A stretch of DNA of 64,000 nt from Isurus oxyrinchus. Taxonomy: Eukaryota. The position numbers and the translations under genes are program-made. Each line of letters starts with the position of its first letter. Positions within the stretch are counted from its first letter, which is position 1. Under the pieces are notes generated by a model. The model saw only the letters and a list, made by a program, of their open reading frames with translations, ran no database searches and was not told where the DNA came from. The stretch lies in NCBI GenBank assembly GCA_026770705.1, contig JANJGN010000188.1:496001-560000 (forward strand). Reading direction: 5' to 3'. Below, one piece after another: positions 61,400 through 64,000 of this stretch.

Positions 61400-63200
61400 T
61401 GGTTTCGATTGTCTGTTAAGGCACTTCCAGGTTGCCCAGTTGCAATTATTTCCTGGGGGTGGGTGGGGATCGGGGGGGAGAGGGGGTGGTGGGGTGGGTG
61501 GGGGGAGGGTGGTTGGGTGGAGGGGTGTTGTGGGTTATTGAGGGAAGCATTCATCTGGTAAAATTTCCATCGCTGGGAGTTGTTTCAGACTGGCGAGCTG
61601 GTCTTTCCACAAGGTGATGCGGGCTTCCGATGGGGTTGATTGTAATGTTTATGAAGCTATTCCTTGACTTCAGGTGGCTGGGTGTAGGTGTATGACCATG
61701 TAGAGTATGCTTCTCATCTGATATTTAACGCAGTCGCTCTTTCTTGCTGGCCACCATTCTTCTTATATCATGGGGAGGGATACTCGCCAGGATTTATGGG
61801 CTGTTGGGGTTTGTCTTTTTTAAAAAAACCTGTGATAAGTTGGCAGCTTGCATTCAGAACGGGATCCAACTTCTTAACATGAGTAGATCTTTCCCATAGA
61901 GGCCAGGTTCATTCGGCAGTGGAATAACAAAGAGCAAGTGCCCTTACTTTTGCCTTTGTCTTTTTGATATGGTTCTTGAAGGTGTGGCATCTGTCAAGGG
62001 TTACTCCTAAGTAGATAGGGTGCTCACAATGCTTCAGTGTTGCTCCACACCAGGTTACTTTAAGCTGGCGTTTGGCTTCATGGTTCCAGAAGTGGAATGC
62101 ACAAACTTGCATTTTTGATGGGTTTACACGGAGGTAGTTTTCTTCATAGTAGGATGTCATTCCTTTCAAGGCCTCAGAAAGCGTTTTCTCCATGGTGTTA
62201 AAATCAGTGCTTTGGGCAGGTACACATAAGTCATTAACATATATAAAACGACGTGTGGCACCGTCTATAGGTTGGTCATTCGAGAAGATGTTGTAGAGCA
62301 GTGGTGCAAACACACGTCCCTGAAGAAGACCACCCTTCTGAATACATCACCTGCTGCGCTTCCCACTCAGTTCAATATAGAACGGGCCATTCTGATGCAT
62401 GCTTTCTAATAGCTCTGTTAAGTGAATATCTTTTTGTCATCAAAAGGATCTTGCAGAAGAGCCGTCTATGTTTCACTGTATTGTATGCTGCTGACAGCAT
62501 CTGTTACCATCCCTTGCTCAAAACCATCTTCGATATGTTGTGTAAGGTTGAGCAGTTGGCTTGTTGTTGATTGGCCGAGGCAGAAACCTGTTTGCTCTGG
62601 AATGATCTTCCCATCTGCAGGTGGTGCTATCCTATTGAGTATCAGGCATTAAAATAGCTTATTGGTTTGGCAAAGCAGTGAAATAGACCGAAAACCGTTA
62701 AGATCTGAGGTATCATTTCCGGCCTTTAATATTGCTATTAGATGTGCCTTCTGCCAAATAATAGGCAGCTTGTGAATTGCCAGACAGTAGCTGAACAATT
62801 GTTGGAACGATTTATTTGCTTGCTGTCCAAAATGCTTTATCTGCTCCTTTCCTATGTTGTCAGGACCAATTGCTTTCCTGTGTTTTAGACTAGATATACC
62901 AGTTCCCAGCTCTTCCATGGTGAATGGTCCAGTGAGGCCAGGTTCATCACTGTACATCTTCCTATCTAATTGTGCTTTTGATTGTTTCTTGTCGATTTTT
63001 CTATATAGGAGCAATTGGCTTGCAACTTGGTTAGCAGACAAATTTGGATGTTGGGCAGCTTTCTTGGGATCGCTTCCAAGATTGTGTATGACAGACCATG
63101 CCTTCATGGTATTTTTTGTATGACCTGTTGTCTCTATCAAGGTGTCCTAAGTGTTTTTGACGCTCTTGAGAGATACTTAACAATACCCTCTCAACGGTAG
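61400..63200 (-). mobile_element. Vingi/Ingi-like (I-group) LINE RT region, decayed
   Basis: KAIGPDNI, WQKAHLIAILK, FRSISLLCQTNKLF, LSAAYNTV, FAPLLYNIFSNDQP, FIYVND (mutated YADD), NPSKMQVCAFH and YLGVTLDR. Confidence 0.8.
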
Positions 63201-63209
63201 ATATTGTTT

Positions 63210-64000
63210 ACTCTGAGGAGGGGTCAGATTCAAACATTGAAACAGACTCTCAGTAGAGGAACAGGGGGACACAGTAATCGACATCAGTGAGGAGGGCTGT
63301 GAAATTTTCTATGAAATTAACAAATAGAGAGAGGAGGTATTAGGTGGTTCGCGGGATTTAGAAATGGAGCAATGAACAATAAGGGTGAAATTTATCTCCC
63401 GCTGTTGAGGGAGACAATGGAAGTTAAATCAGGGGCTCTGGGAATAATTTGCAAATCCTCATTCGTCACAGGTGAGATATCAGAGAACTGGAGGGATGTC
63501 AACGGTGTCCCATTATTTAAAAGAAACATGAGGACAGCACCGATCAGCAGACAGACTAAGCTAGGTGGTGGGTCATTACCATGAAGGATTTTTAGCGACA
63601 TAATAAATCAGCATTTGGACGGACAAGGGCTAATCACCGGGATGGTCAGCATGGTTTTATTAAGGTAAAGTCGTCTTTGAAATACATGATCGAATTTTCT
63701 GAAGAGGTTACCAGGGGTGTTGATCAGTGTAATGCATTTTATGCGTTCTACATGGGCTTTTGTAAGGCTTTTGAAAGATCCTTCATGGCCGACCCGTCAA
63801 TAAAATAAATACACATGGGATCCAAGGCAAAGTGTCAACGCTGGATCCTAAATTAGCTGAGAGACAGGAAGCAGCATGTGATGATAAAGGGATGTTTATA
63901 TGACTGTTAGCCTGTTTCCAGTGGGGTTACGCAGGGCTCGGTGCTGGTGACTTTACTGCTTAGGATGTGCATATATGATTTGGAATTTAATGTAGGGGGG
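63210..64000 (+). mobile_element. CR1 LINE ORF2 fragment
   Basis: ISENWRDVNGVPLFK, QHGFIK, YMGFCKAF and VSSGVTQGSVL. Confidence 0.85.

Overview
Eukaryotic, repeat-dense DNA, most likely from a cartilaginous fish (shark-type CR1/L2 LINEs, SINEs, Penelope remnants and a GPR139/GPR142-like GPCR family). There is no prokaryotic operon or CRISPR array. No complete intact gene is visible. Content: exon 1 of a GPCR gene (1926-1995, minus); a truncated GPCR pseudogene; a Gypsy LTR element nested in a CR1 LINE and split by a ~1.3 kb inversion; a Vingi-like LINE; two minisatellites. From ~13.8 to 60.3 kb the window is a patchwork of segmental duplications with a rough 9-12 kb period, carrying about 13 decayed tRNA genes (Ile-AAT, Asp-GTC, Gly-TCC). 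The most notable hidden element is a decayed multi-exon gene on the minus strand, missed by the ORF track, with predicted N-terminal domain, coiled coil plus Cys motif and a C-terminal BEN-like domain. It occurs in three partial copies, two of which carry an antisense histone H3.3 retrocopy inside an intron. All family assignments come from reading motifs by eye, and most repeat boundaries are approximate.
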